Notes under the pieces: generated by a model
Database searches by the model: none
What the model was told of the DNA's origin: nothing
What the model saw: only the letters and a program-made list of their open reading frames with translations
Made by a program: the position numbers and the translations under genes
Source: Macrostomum lignano
Lineage: Eukaryota
Length of the DNA: 64,000 bases
Reading direction: 5' to 3'
NCBI GenBank assembly: GCA_002269645.1
Contig: NIVC01000779.1
Span: 1 to 64,000 of the forward strand
In this document: positions 25,569 to 36,479 of the stretch, piece after piece
Layout: the number at the start of each line of letters is the position of its first letter
Position numbering within the stretch: the first letter of the stretch is position 1

Positions 25569-26157
25569 CTATATCATTTAAATAAATAACGCGTGCACAA
25601 GGTAATTAATTACCTTTGATTTTTATCCTGCTATATCGTATTCCAATGCGTTCTTGTTATCGAATTGTCAGAATTCTGGCAAATGATGTTATTTAATGTG
25701 CCTTCCATTTGCTTATTACTCGTAATAAGTTAAAATACTGGTTTTTCTTCTTCAATGCTATTTTTAATACAGGTACAAGTAAATTGGATTTTAATTGTTA
25801 GTTATCAACTTTTTCATTAACACTTTGCATGCCTCTTTCTATCCCATAATATATATCGTAATAGATGTATTTGTTCAACTCTTTTAGATTGCATTTTCTA
25901 CTTTAATTACGTATGCTCCACTTTGGCATCGAATAGATTACCTTATTGATTGATGTGTACAATAATACAGTACAGGCGGATTGTGTTGTGTTTATTAATT
26001 AGGGTTAATTTCAATCCAATTTAGTGCTTAGTTTATGAATTGGTTTTGGTTCTGTTTAACATTGTAGTGTGTAGTGCCTGAGTGTCTAGCTGTATATCAA
26101 GGCTTTGTCATTATTTTTTTTGTGAATGGATTCTTATAATTTAGTAAACCACTGTAA

Positions 26158-26404
26158 ACACCCCAATTATCATTTAGTGCAGCGCCACCCACCCCCAATT
26201 ATCATTTGTGCCGCCAGCCCACACCCCAATTATCATTTAGTGCAGCGCCACCCACCCCCAATTATCACTTGTGCCGCTAGCCCACACCCCAATTATCATT
26301 TAGTGCAGCGCCACCCACCCCCAATTATCACTTGTGCCGCTAGCCCACACCCCAATTATCATTTAGTGCAGCGCCACCCATCCCAAATTATCATTTGTGC
26401 CGCC
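26158..26404. repeat. 63-bp minisatellite, ~4 copies
   Basis: CCCCAATTATCATTTAGTGCAGCGCCACCCACCCCCAATTATCA... repeated; 21-aa periodicity. Confidence 0.92.
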
Positions 26405-26481
26405 TAGTAGCTCTTCGAGTTTTGTGGACTTTTTCACCCCTTAGCTTATGAATTTATCATTATTTATATTATAACGCGGTA

Positions 26482-26512
<31 letters not shown>

Positions 26513-27324
26513 CGTATTATTCAATATCACTCAGTGTAAAAAGATTATAATTGACTCGTTTTTCGGGACTTCCGCATAGCTACTTTTTTTTCTAATGTCA
26601 TTCTCAGATTTCACGGTGGACTAATTTTATAGTTTATAATTTATGCATTACTTGTAAGTCAGTTAAATATATAAATGCACTTGCAAACAGAGCTGATTTA
26701 ATTTCAATTCTGTATATCTATTACGCGCCATGACGTGATCGGATCAGCTTTCAATTTTATTAAATCATTTTCGTAATTATTAACTATTTATATAGGCTAC
26801 TCACAAGTAGTATCATACATGAACCCGCGAGATAATGGTTAAGTACTCGTAGTACGATTCCAGTGCATTACTCGAGACGATTGCTACTAATTAAATTGCT
26901 AGGTCAATGCAGATCAGTTTATTTATAAGTAAAAGGAAAATAAGCGAAATAAATATAGTTATAACAAAATACATAGCAACAGAGAAGAAAGTTTTTGTAG
27001 AGTTTTACATAAAATTAAACGCAAGAAATATAAAAATTAAAAATACGTGTGATAGGATGGAAAATACAAACAAATTACAAGTAAAGTTAATTAAAGATTA
27101 TTCGATAATTCGATAACATGTAAACGAATAATAGCATGACTAAAATGCCTGGCATGAACAATAGCAGTTTCGAAATATTTTAGGAAAAATAGCACCTCAA
27201 ATAATTATACTCCGACTCCGTATGCTTCTAACAAAATGTGCATTGTGGACTTGGCATTCATGGTTATGGTCCTAATAGTCGATTAATATTTCAACTAAAT
27301 TGGGGCAGTTACTTATCTCATAGG

Positions 27325-27712
27325 AGATCACAGAGTCCCTCAGATTCTTGGGTCAGTGAGTCACAGAGTCCCTCAGATTTTTGAGTCAGTGAGTCACAGA
27401 CCCTTAGATTCTTGAGTCAGTGAGTCACAGACCCTTAGATTCTTGAGTCAGTGAGTCACACAGAGTCCCTCAGATTCTTGGGTCAGTGAGTCATAAATTC
27501 CCTCAGATTCTTGAGTCAGTGAGTCACAGACCCTCTGATTCTTGAGTCAGTGAGTCACGGACCCTCTGATTCTTGAGTCAGTGAGTCACAGAGTCTCCCT
27601 AATTCTTGGGTCAGTGAATCACAGACCCTCTGATTCTTGAGTCAGTGAATCACAGACCCTCTGATCTGGGGTCAGTGAGTCACAGAGTCCCCCTAATTCT
27701 TGGGTCAGTGAA
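27325..27712. repeat. ~31-36-bp minisatellite rich in TGAGTCA
   Basis: About 12 copies of GAGTCACAGA(GT)CCCTCAGATTCTTGAGTCAGT. Confidence 0.9.
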
Positions 27713-27806
27713 TATACGGCTGTTTATATCCCATTGCATAATTGAGTAGAGCTGTCGGGAGGATCTTACTGCGTCAATTAAAGAGTGAAATTTATATGTT
27801 GACCCA

Positions 27807-28379
27807 TTAGCCCTGCTCCGAGAGAGCATACCCGGGCACAGGTGTGGCAGAGTGATACCACATTGAGTCGTTGGCCGAGGCAGACGCAGACTTGGAAGTC
27901 GCGGACCTGCTGCGGCCGCACGGCAGAGTCAGCCTGGTCAGCTTGCAAGCCGGCCGCAGTCGGAAATGCGGCCTGGGTCGGAATGGCGCCGATGGTGGCG
28001 TTTTAGCGGCACTGGTGCGCGGCATACGCAGCAGAACGTGCATGCTGGTTAGAGGGATGGCATCTGCTAGGCCGGATACCCCTAGCAACCGGCTGAAGAC
28101 CAGCTGGCGCTGCTGTCTGCTGGCCGCGCCAACTTCCAAATCGTCATCAGATTCGTCTCCGTCAGCATCCTCATCGCTGCTGTAGTTCTCTTTGTCATCT
28201 TCATCATGAGCCTGTTCGGCCTCGAACTCGGAGGTGTCAGCAAATTCTAACAGCACGGCTTGGTCCAGACTGAGCAGGCTGGGGCCGAATGCCAGCATGA
28301 TGGCGTCAGAGTGCGAACTGGCGTGCAGAACGGCTGGCACCACTTCAGCCAGGCAGCGAAGCATTCGCTCCTGGTGCAC
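27807..28379 (-). CDS. MAD2L1BP: p31comet/MAD2L1-binding protein-like HORMA protein, exon 2 (C-terminal)
   Basis: CAG acceptor, phase 0; IMLAFGPSLLS.DQAVLLEF...LVFSRLL...PLTSMHVLLR...PFRPRPHFRL...LTLPCG...DSMWYHSATPVPGY parallels p31comet (VLILLGGNALSPKEFY...WFRPKLNYRV..LTVTLSCG...DYIWFQAPVTFKGF). Confidence 0.78.
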   Translation of the reverse strand: MHQERMLRCLAEVVPAVLHASSHSDAIMLAFGPSLLSLDQAVLLEFADTSEFEAEQAHDEDDKENYSSDEDADGDESDDDLEVGAASRQQRQLVFSRLLGVSGLADAIPLTSMHVLLRMPRTSAAKTPPSAPFRPRPHFRLRPACKLTRLTLPCGRSRSATSKSASASANDSMWYHSATPVPGYALSEQG

Positions 28380-29648
28380 CTGGCCAGGGAGTTGCAATTG
28401 AAGTAAACATTGTCAAGTCACATTCACATTTTTCAGGATGCTTATCATGTACGCAAATCTATATTTTAATAACTTAGTTCATCACAAATGTCACTTGCAG
28501 CAATGCACTTATCTACTCTTCTTCAGCAGCAAAGCCACCAATTTTTTGCATTTATAATAGTAAAATAGAAATATTATTTGTTTTTTCCTGATATTTAAAG
28601 TTGCTAAAGCTGCTAAAATTGTCTTTGCCTTTCCACAATTAGCATCAATGTATGCACTGTTTCAACAACCCCAGGCTGATTTAGATTAGAAATTATTGAA
28701 AACTAAATAAATTTAAGACATAGAAAACTTCCCTTTCTGTGTACAAGTTTGAAATGCTTATAACTATTGGCAGACACATGGCATTGCAATAAAATTTTAT
28801 GCTTCAATAAAACAAATTTGAAAGAGAATATAAATAAAAATTTAACTTATTTAATAAACAATCCTATTGTCCACAATGAATACAGTCCAACAAACTTCAC
28901 AACACCCCTTGTATAAATCAATGCTACTAAAAGATTTTGAATATAAGTAGCTCTCAATTTTCTTACCAATTATTCTATTTACTTTTCAACCAAGTTATAC
29001 ATATGGCATTATGGTATAACTTTATCTTTTAACTTTAATTTGACTATTCTGTTAACTTTATTCATCAAATTGTCTATATAATTTTTTCAACTATTCTATC
29101 AACTTTTCCATTAACTATTTTATAAACTTTTATGTTTACTGAATAGAGAGTGATTTTTGCACAATTCATTTTTGTAACTTTTTGATACATGCTTTGATTG
29201 AGAAATCAAGCATGTTAAAATTTGCAGCCAAACATATTTACAAAAAATAAAAATCATTTTAGTAGAATAAAATAAATTTAAAAACTGAAAATTGATAGTG
29301 TTGGGCACTAGTCAGTTAATAAGTGTTAATATGTTAAGTTATACTTATATATAGATATATGCTTATTTATTTAAAGATAAAAAATATCAAAAAAAATTTT
29401 TATGCAATTGGTTTTAGCATGCCAAAACCAATACAGCCAATTATAAAAATATTATAATAATTCTAATATGCTTAATTTGTTAAATAGATTTAATTATATG
29501 AGAAACACTATTTTTAAAAATATATTTTTAGGATTCTAAGAACTTAAATTAGGTCTAGGCCTACACTACCTAGACTGCTAGACATGAGCCTAAAATATAT
29601 TTTATTTTATTTTATAAAATTAATTTTATTATAATTTATAACACTTAC

Positions 29649-30326
29649 ATTTCTTTTAATATGTAGAATTGGAGATGGAGCTACACATTGAATTGCAAAG
29701 CTTTTTTTGGCTGATTCTAGTAGTGAATCAAATGTTTGAGAAAAACCAATTGAGATATTCATAGAAATTGAATCAAATGTCTCATTAATAAAAGATACAT
29801 GGAGCTCATCTTTAGCATGAACGAATTCACACATAGGCTTTTTGCTTGAAATAGCTAACAATGGAGCCTTAAGATTTGCTGATTTAGCCTTTCCTTTGCA
29901 TTCAATGGGACTTGTATAACAAGTGAACAAGGTAGTAGAATTCACTTTGTCAGTATAATTTTTACTTTGCAAGGTTTGCAATTTATGCTCAACTGGACTT
30001 GCAAAACATGTAAACATAGGTTTAGCCTTAGCGTTGGATGAAGGTGGAAAAAAATTTTTTGCTGGTGTAACAGACAGTGTTGTTGACATATGAAGACTGT
30101 TGCCAGAATTCGACACTGGTTTCTTCTCGTCTTTGGGCTTGGATAGTTTGTCAGGAGCAGGAACTAGCATCTTGACTTCCTTTTCAACTTCTTTAAAAGA
30201 GGGACATTGGCCCTTGATGAAAAACACAAAGGCAATTAAATCACACAGGAAAACAGACTTATTGGCGCAACGGTATTCAGGAAGAACGAGGTCTGCCTCG
30301 GGTTCGTTGCTGTTGCAGTTCATCAT
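29649..30326 (-). CDS. MAD2L1BP: p31comet-like, exon 1 (N-terminal HORMA helix plus long Ser/Pro/Lys-rich insertion)
   Basis: ATG at 30326; VFLCDLIAFVFFIKGQCPSFKEV resembles p31comet FTCELLKHIMYQRQQLPLPYEQL; phase-0 GTAAGT donor at 29648 joins in frame to exon 2 (416 aa in total). Confidence 0.65.
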
Positions 30327-31873
30327 AGAAGATTCAATTAATTAAAAAAATTTATTAAAAACAGTCAGTTCTGGTGAAGTTTCTTTGTTGGAACGCTAAA
30401 GTTAAATGGATTACGGGACGATTATCCTCTAAATCTTGTTTGCAAATACAAACGTCGTGTGCGCACACGTGCACGTTCTATGACCAGATTTTCGCGCTTT
30501 AAGATTTTTCAAAAAATTAAATAAGTTTAAGGTTTAACAAATAAAGCAAAGTATTACCAATACTGCAAATGTTAAAGTTTTTTATTTAATTTAATTTTCT
30601 AAGCAAAATCATAAATAAAAATTACTTTTTGCTCCAAGTCACTCACAAAAAGTGTAAAAATGCGAGTTTGCACTAATTCAAGTTGCTCTAAAAAGTTCTA
30701 AAAAATTAAATCTTAAGCAGTTTGTGAAATGAAATGTAGATTTCCTTTTCTTCTAAATTAGTTTTTTATGTTTAGGGCTTAATTCTGTCTCAAAAAGCTG
30801 CCACTAAAGTTTTCACAGGCATGTCTATTGGAAACTTAGTTAGGAAAGTAGTTACTTGTCTAAAATTAATTTCCTTGGATTATCTTCTTAGCAATCTTAG
30901 AATTAGAAATTAGTAATTCTTAGAATTATAGGGTCTGGGTCTGGGTATGAGTCTGAATATAGATCTAAGAGGTCTACAAACTTTGCTAGCCAAGAAAGTT
31001 GCCAGCTGAAGGTTGTTAGCCAAGAAATTTTCCTGCCAGAAGCAGAATGTTGCTAGCCATAAAGTTGCTAATTGAGAAAACTTGTGGGCCAATTGTATAT
31101 ATTCTGCAATAAAGTTCAGAATTGAGAATTTTAGCAGTTATCTAATCGAATAAATGATTTTAAAATTAGCCCCTTAGAAAAAAATATGAAGTATGGGCCT
31201 AGTGTGCAGAATAATGTGTGGAATAACATGCAAAATAACATACATAATGTTACACTCACTAGACTAAGATATACCCTTGTCTTGTTTTTAAATATATATT
31301 CAGTTGCTAAAAGTTAAATAACATAAAGGTTTTTTATAGAGCTTAGTCTAGTAAAAAATGAATCAGTAGGCCTATTCTGCATGTTATTCTAGATCTTATT
31401 TTATACTTTATTCTGCAAATCTACTTTATTACTTTATTTATTATGCAATACTTGGTTTCCTAGCTTTATGTTTGGTACTAAAAACTACTAAACCAGGCTA
31501 CTAAAGTATTGAAAACAAATCCTATCTACCAAATCCCATATACTAAATTGTTTTGTTGGTATCTATGCCAGTTCTCTCAATTCAACTTACTAACTGCTCT
31601 GTTTCTTTGATTTAAATTTGTTTGTTTGTATATTTTATTTCATTTTTGTTAGTTAATTAACGGACATAGGTTTTTCAAATATTATAGTATGTATGATAGT
31701 AATTTTTTAATATTATAGTAAGTTTTTTAGCCAATACATTAGTTTTTGTTTATTTAATGTTAGGAATTATTATTTATATTAATTAAAGCATAAACTTTTT
31801 TCAAGCTCTTGTTATTTCTAATATTGTGCAGTCTCAGTCTTAGCCTCAGCCTCTAGACAATGCCAATAAGTAG

Positions 31874-32219
31874 CTAAGGCACTAATATAAAGTTTTTCAA
31901 CTTTAGTATGATTAGCAAAGTTGTAGCAATCCAATTTTTCGCTTGTAGGTAAGATTGTATCACAACAAGTGCCTTGATAATGTGCAAAACAAGGCTGGTA
32001 TACTTTTTTGTCACTATATTATTTAGATCAATAAACATGCATTTAACTTTGTCATTCCCATGTGGGAGTACAAGTAGGGCTTGCATTATACACATGAGAA
32101 GTGGCCAATTGCCAGCAGAAAAAACTTTGTTCCAGAAGCTTATCACATTTGTATTCTCACTAATAGAGAAATCTATAGCATTACTGGCAATGTCCTACTA
32201 ATGAAGTCTAGTCTCAATC
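31874..32219 (-). pseudogene. hAT transposase pseudogene, C-terminal dimerisation domain (3' part of interrupted gene)
   Basis: ISFWNKVFSAGNWPLLMCIMQALLVLPHGNDKVKCMFIDLNNIVTKKYTSL..HIIKAL matches the hAT pattern FW..W..L..A.L.LPH.NA..ER.FS.LN..TK.R.SL. Confidence 0.85.
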
Positions 32220-32699
32220 CAGGGACTAGGCCTACTCAAATATTGAGATGGGAAACTAGGCAAATCATGGCAAAGTTTTTACGAGGCTGTTTAAATCTAT
32301 GGCCGCGCCAATGCAGCAGTAGCTATTTCAATATTTCAATAAATCTTCAATAAATTTTATATTTTATTATATCTGTGAATTTTAATATTCAGGTGCTTTT
32401 ATGAACTATGTATATTTACTTGAAAGTCATTGGAAAAATAGTTCATAAAACATATAAGATAACATGAAGGACTATTTGTAAGGAGTGAATAGTGAACATG
32501 GAACAGACAAACAATAAAAAGTTAACTCACACAGTGGATATGAGTATTAAAATATGGGAAGTTTGAACATATATATACACAGATAGGAAAATGAACAGAT
32601 GCAAAAAAATATTTAACAGATTTAAGCATTGAATAGTTAGGAATACTCAATAGATGTAAACTTGTCTGTTGCGCAATGTCATGCACTTCTAAGTTTTTT

Positions 32700-35600
32700 G
32701 TCTTTCTCTCTTGAACAGTGACAGATAATGGAGCCACCTTCAATGATCTCTAAACAAGTCTCTTAAAGAATGTGTTTGTTGCTCTTCGTGCCACACCTTA
32801 GATGTTGAAGTCAATGTAATGGAAGAAATTTTCAGCTATAGTTGTAAATAGTGTCTACACTCTCGTTGCACAAATGGGTAAGTGGGCAGTGAAACATGTG
32901 TAGCAAAGAGTTAGAAATGAAAACAGCCACTCTGGGGGTGCCGTAGCTTTCCCTGCAATAGTAACTGAGTAAATTCACTGGCTTCTTCTTTTGTGCTATC
33001 CACAAATTCTCTGTCAATGCCTTCAATTTTCTCCTTGACACAGATACAGCCAAAAAAAGATCCATTTAGTATTCGTATCATCACTACTTCAGCACACCAA
33101 AAATACAATTAGTCGAGGGCTATATACTAATTAGATACAGCAAGAAAAGAAATCTTACTAGCGATGAAATAAAGGGAAGCCTTTTCTGAGAGAGTGATGC
33201 CATCCAGTGTTGCCACCACTGCGATTTTTTATTGCTCAGCGATTTTTTATCGCTCAGCAATAATTTTGTCTATTTTGCTCATTTCCTGCGATTTTTCGTG
33301 AACACCAGTCCTTTCAACTTTTTTTCAAGTACTGTGTTTCATTTTGTGCTCAATTAAAGTGTCATGAATGTCATCAATATAGCGTGAGGCTGTGCAAGCC
33401 TCCGGTTTTGAAGCTCGGCAAAAGGAGATTGAGCATGCTGCGGTTGAGCGAGCACTGAAGAAGGCTGCTGACGAGGCAAGTTACGTCACTTGCAGTTGAG
33501 GTGAGAGAGAAGTCGCCTCTTGGTAGGGTGGCGGTTTCGACTGTTGCTGAGTGTATGTATGCCTGTCTTCCCTTAAGAAAATGCTTGTGTTGTATGACTA
33601 CTTCACTGATTTGGCATAAATGAGAGTTGCATGCAGTTATTGCAAATTGTAGTAGTTTTTTTAGTCAAATAGAAGATGGAATTAGAAATGGAAAGCTAAA
33701 AAAGAAAGTTGTTTTTGCATCCTGGCACCTTTTTTCAATGACAAAAAAGAAATTTGTTCCTGCAATTTTTTTCTTATCCTGCAATAATTTCTTTGGTTGC
33801 TGTAGTGGCAACACTGATACCATCAGTATTTGATGGCCAGCTGTCTAACACTGTTAGCTCCTCTTCAGAAAGTTCCGCGGTGCAACATGGACTCTTATTA
33901 TGGTGATAGTTGTCCAATTCAAGACTTGCAAAAATTTTTCATGCGTCTTAGTTGCACAATCAGTAGGACTTGCTTGACAGATATAAAATAATTGCTACTG
34001 CTCATCTGCCAATAGACTCCAAACTCTCCTTCTAGAGAATCGCTCTGAAAATTCCCTAGTAGAACATAGGAAATATCAGGATCCGAGAGCAGATCTTTGC
34101 AAAAGTCCACCATGCCACGCAAAGAATACAAAAAAGCCAACTTAGTCTCAGCTGTGAGACATCGGTAGCAGGCGTGCCCTTTTCCACACTGTGACTATTC
34201 AATAGACTTGGCAAAATCTTTTAAAAACCTGGTGTTGTTGTCATGAACAGAAAAAATAGGTCTCCTGCTGGGATCATTAAATCAAACATATAGATCTGGA
34301 TTCTTGCAGTTCACTATGTTCCACAACTTTAAAATGGTCTCCACAAAGCTAGCAGTTTCACAATGACTGTCGCACTTAAGTGCAGCTGCCATTTTTTCAT
34401 CAAAAACTTGCAAAGCTAGACTTACTTTTGTTTTTTGAATGCTAGATGGGTAGCAAGCTTTGAAGGTTAGACCAGATCGCTTTACAATATGATTTTCTTT
34501 GCTTTTGTATACTCTGATCAAATTGTTCCACTTGCCGATATAGTCTGTCCATTGCTTGGTACACGGAGTATGAGTATTCCATCTTTTTCTGTTTGCCAAT
34601 TGTTTCTAAGGCATTTCAACAGATGCACTGAGTTGTTTATCATATAGAAAATGGACTCCTGTGAGGGATCTCTGCCAATCCAGGGCTTGATGTGAAGGTT
34701 GTCACAAAAAAAGAGAAAAACACTTTCAATTCATAGGATGGTTATTGCAAACCAATGCAATTATGCAACCGCCTTGATTGTTGATGATGCCTATGCAGTG
34801 ACTTAGCTGATGTCGAAGAAAGTCTGCAGCCAGAAGAAAAATGGGCACTAATTGCATGACAAATGGCTTTCCACCAAAAAGAGGCTTTACCATGATGTCT
34901 AGAACTGTTCGTGCAGCCTGACTAGGATTGTTGCTAGCACATCCCATCAGATGTTTGTACCAGTATTGAATAGAAGGTTGTACATACATTTCATCAAACA
35001 TCAGAACGCAATTTTGCTAAGGACCAAAAATCTTTGAAAAACCAATTGATCGCGTAATTTTGAGTACATCATTCTCCGTGCCCACCTCTCCCCTTCCTGC
35101 AAGTTGATGTCGTAGTGTGCGCTGATGAGGCAATGGAATGAGTGTTCTAATATATGAATAGGTGGAGCTACTGATCAGGTAAAGTAAGGCCAACTTCCAG
35201 AATCTGGATCTATAGTGCTATAGTGTTATATTTGCAAGCAGTCGGTGAGTCTAGTGTTAGCTTTAACTCTTCAAGCAAGAATTTAATAGTTGGATTCTTT
35301 AGCATTACGCTGTCAATGGTGAATATGTTGCTTTTCATGAAATACAAAATCTCATTCTCAACTGAAAACTCAGAGTTGTTGCATCATACAATAATTGCAT
35401 CCAGTTGTGACCAAAACTTCAGCGTGGGTTGAAATCCAAGTAGGTCGCAAACACTAATTGGTATGTGCATTATGTAGGCACAAACAGCAAAATTTGGCGA
35501 AATAAATAATCAAACAAGCATGTTGCCATTGGAGTCCAATGAAAACATATATAAATCCTGCTGAAAAAATGTAACCACTAAGGTGTGGCTTTTGACTATT

Positions 35601-36211
35601 TCAGAGTCCTATACAGAGTCACAGAAACCATTCTATGAAGATATGGTGTCGCTCAGCTGAAACTCCTCTAATTCATCTGCTAAGCCACCTTGTGCGTCAG
35701 AGAGAACACCTCTCGTCTTCACATCTCTATTGCATTCTAAAATGTAAAAACATATATGGTGGGATCTTTGAGAAAGTTTAGATTATATGAACTAAATGCT
35801 AAAGTCTAAAGTACAAATAGGTATTCAAAGTAGTCATACCTTGGTTCTGAACCAGGCAAGACGGAGGAACACCATTGAAAATAGAAGGCGGATCCTTTGG
35901 TGTCTCAAATTGTTGCTTTTCACCATTGTTGTGTCCAGTGGCCAGTGTTTGGCGCAGATTCCCATGTGATCTGTTATGGACTGAAAGGCGGAATAAAGGA
36001 AAAAACACTTGCGAATAAAGAAAAAAATTGCATATAATATATTAGCACAATTTACCTTATAGTAAATAGCACCTACCTCTAGGATTTTTGGCAGAGTCTT
36101 TTTCCATCGCTTTTGCTCAACCGAGTCCTTTGGAAACAGATGGACTTTTGTAGCTAATCGTTCGGACTCGTAATTTGACTTGCAGCCAACAATGCTGCAC
36201 TTTCTTGGCAT
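32700..36211 (-). pseudogene. THAP9/P-element transposase pseudogene (THAP domain split by a 96-nt intron at 36076-35981)
   Basis: MPRKCSIVGCKSNY..VHLFPKD...W...ITDHMGICAKHW..PKDPPSIF (THAP); FDEMYVQP..VLDIMVKPLFGG; HLLKCLRNNW; KVSLALQVFDE; YVLLGNFQSDSLEGEFGVYWQMSSSNYFISV; GKLRHP; ARRATNTFFK. Multiple stops and frameshifts. Confidence 0.92.
33205..33816. mobile_element. 612-bp non-autonomous TIR element (hAT- or P-class) nested in the P transposase
   Basis: Perfect 12-bp TIRs CAGTGTTGCCAC / GTGGCAACACTG; 8-bp TSD ATGCCATC (33197-33204) / ATACCATC (33817-33824); subterminal GCGATTTTTT and GCAATTTTT repeats. Confidence 0.9.
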
Positions 36212-36479
36212 TGATGCCAACAACACAAGCAGAAAAATCGAGCTTGTCCTACGTGTCTGCCAGAAACTTAGCTGCTGTAATATAATGCAAGCATCCTTGC
36301 TAGACTGCAGTGGAAATAATGGTATCACAAGCTTCAAATAATAGAAAATAACCATAGACAACAAAGTATCGCTCAATACAAATTAGCCAGCCAGCCTCGT
36401 CAGCTGCTAACAAACCAGCCTTGTAAAAACTTCGCAATGATTTGCCTAGTTTCCTGTCCCAATGTTTGAGTAGTCCCTG

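Larger units (their letters stand above)
32220..36479 (-). mobile_element. Full-length but decayed P-superfamily (THAP-transposase) element, 4260 bp, inserted into the hAT gene
   Basis: ~64-bp TIRs CAGGGACTACTCAAA(T/C)ATTG.GA..GGAAACTAGGCAAATCAT.GC.AAGTTTTTAC.AGGCTG at 32220 and, inverted, at 36416-36479; 8-bp TSD TCTCAATC (32212-32219) / TCTCAACC (36480-36487). Confidence 0.92.
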
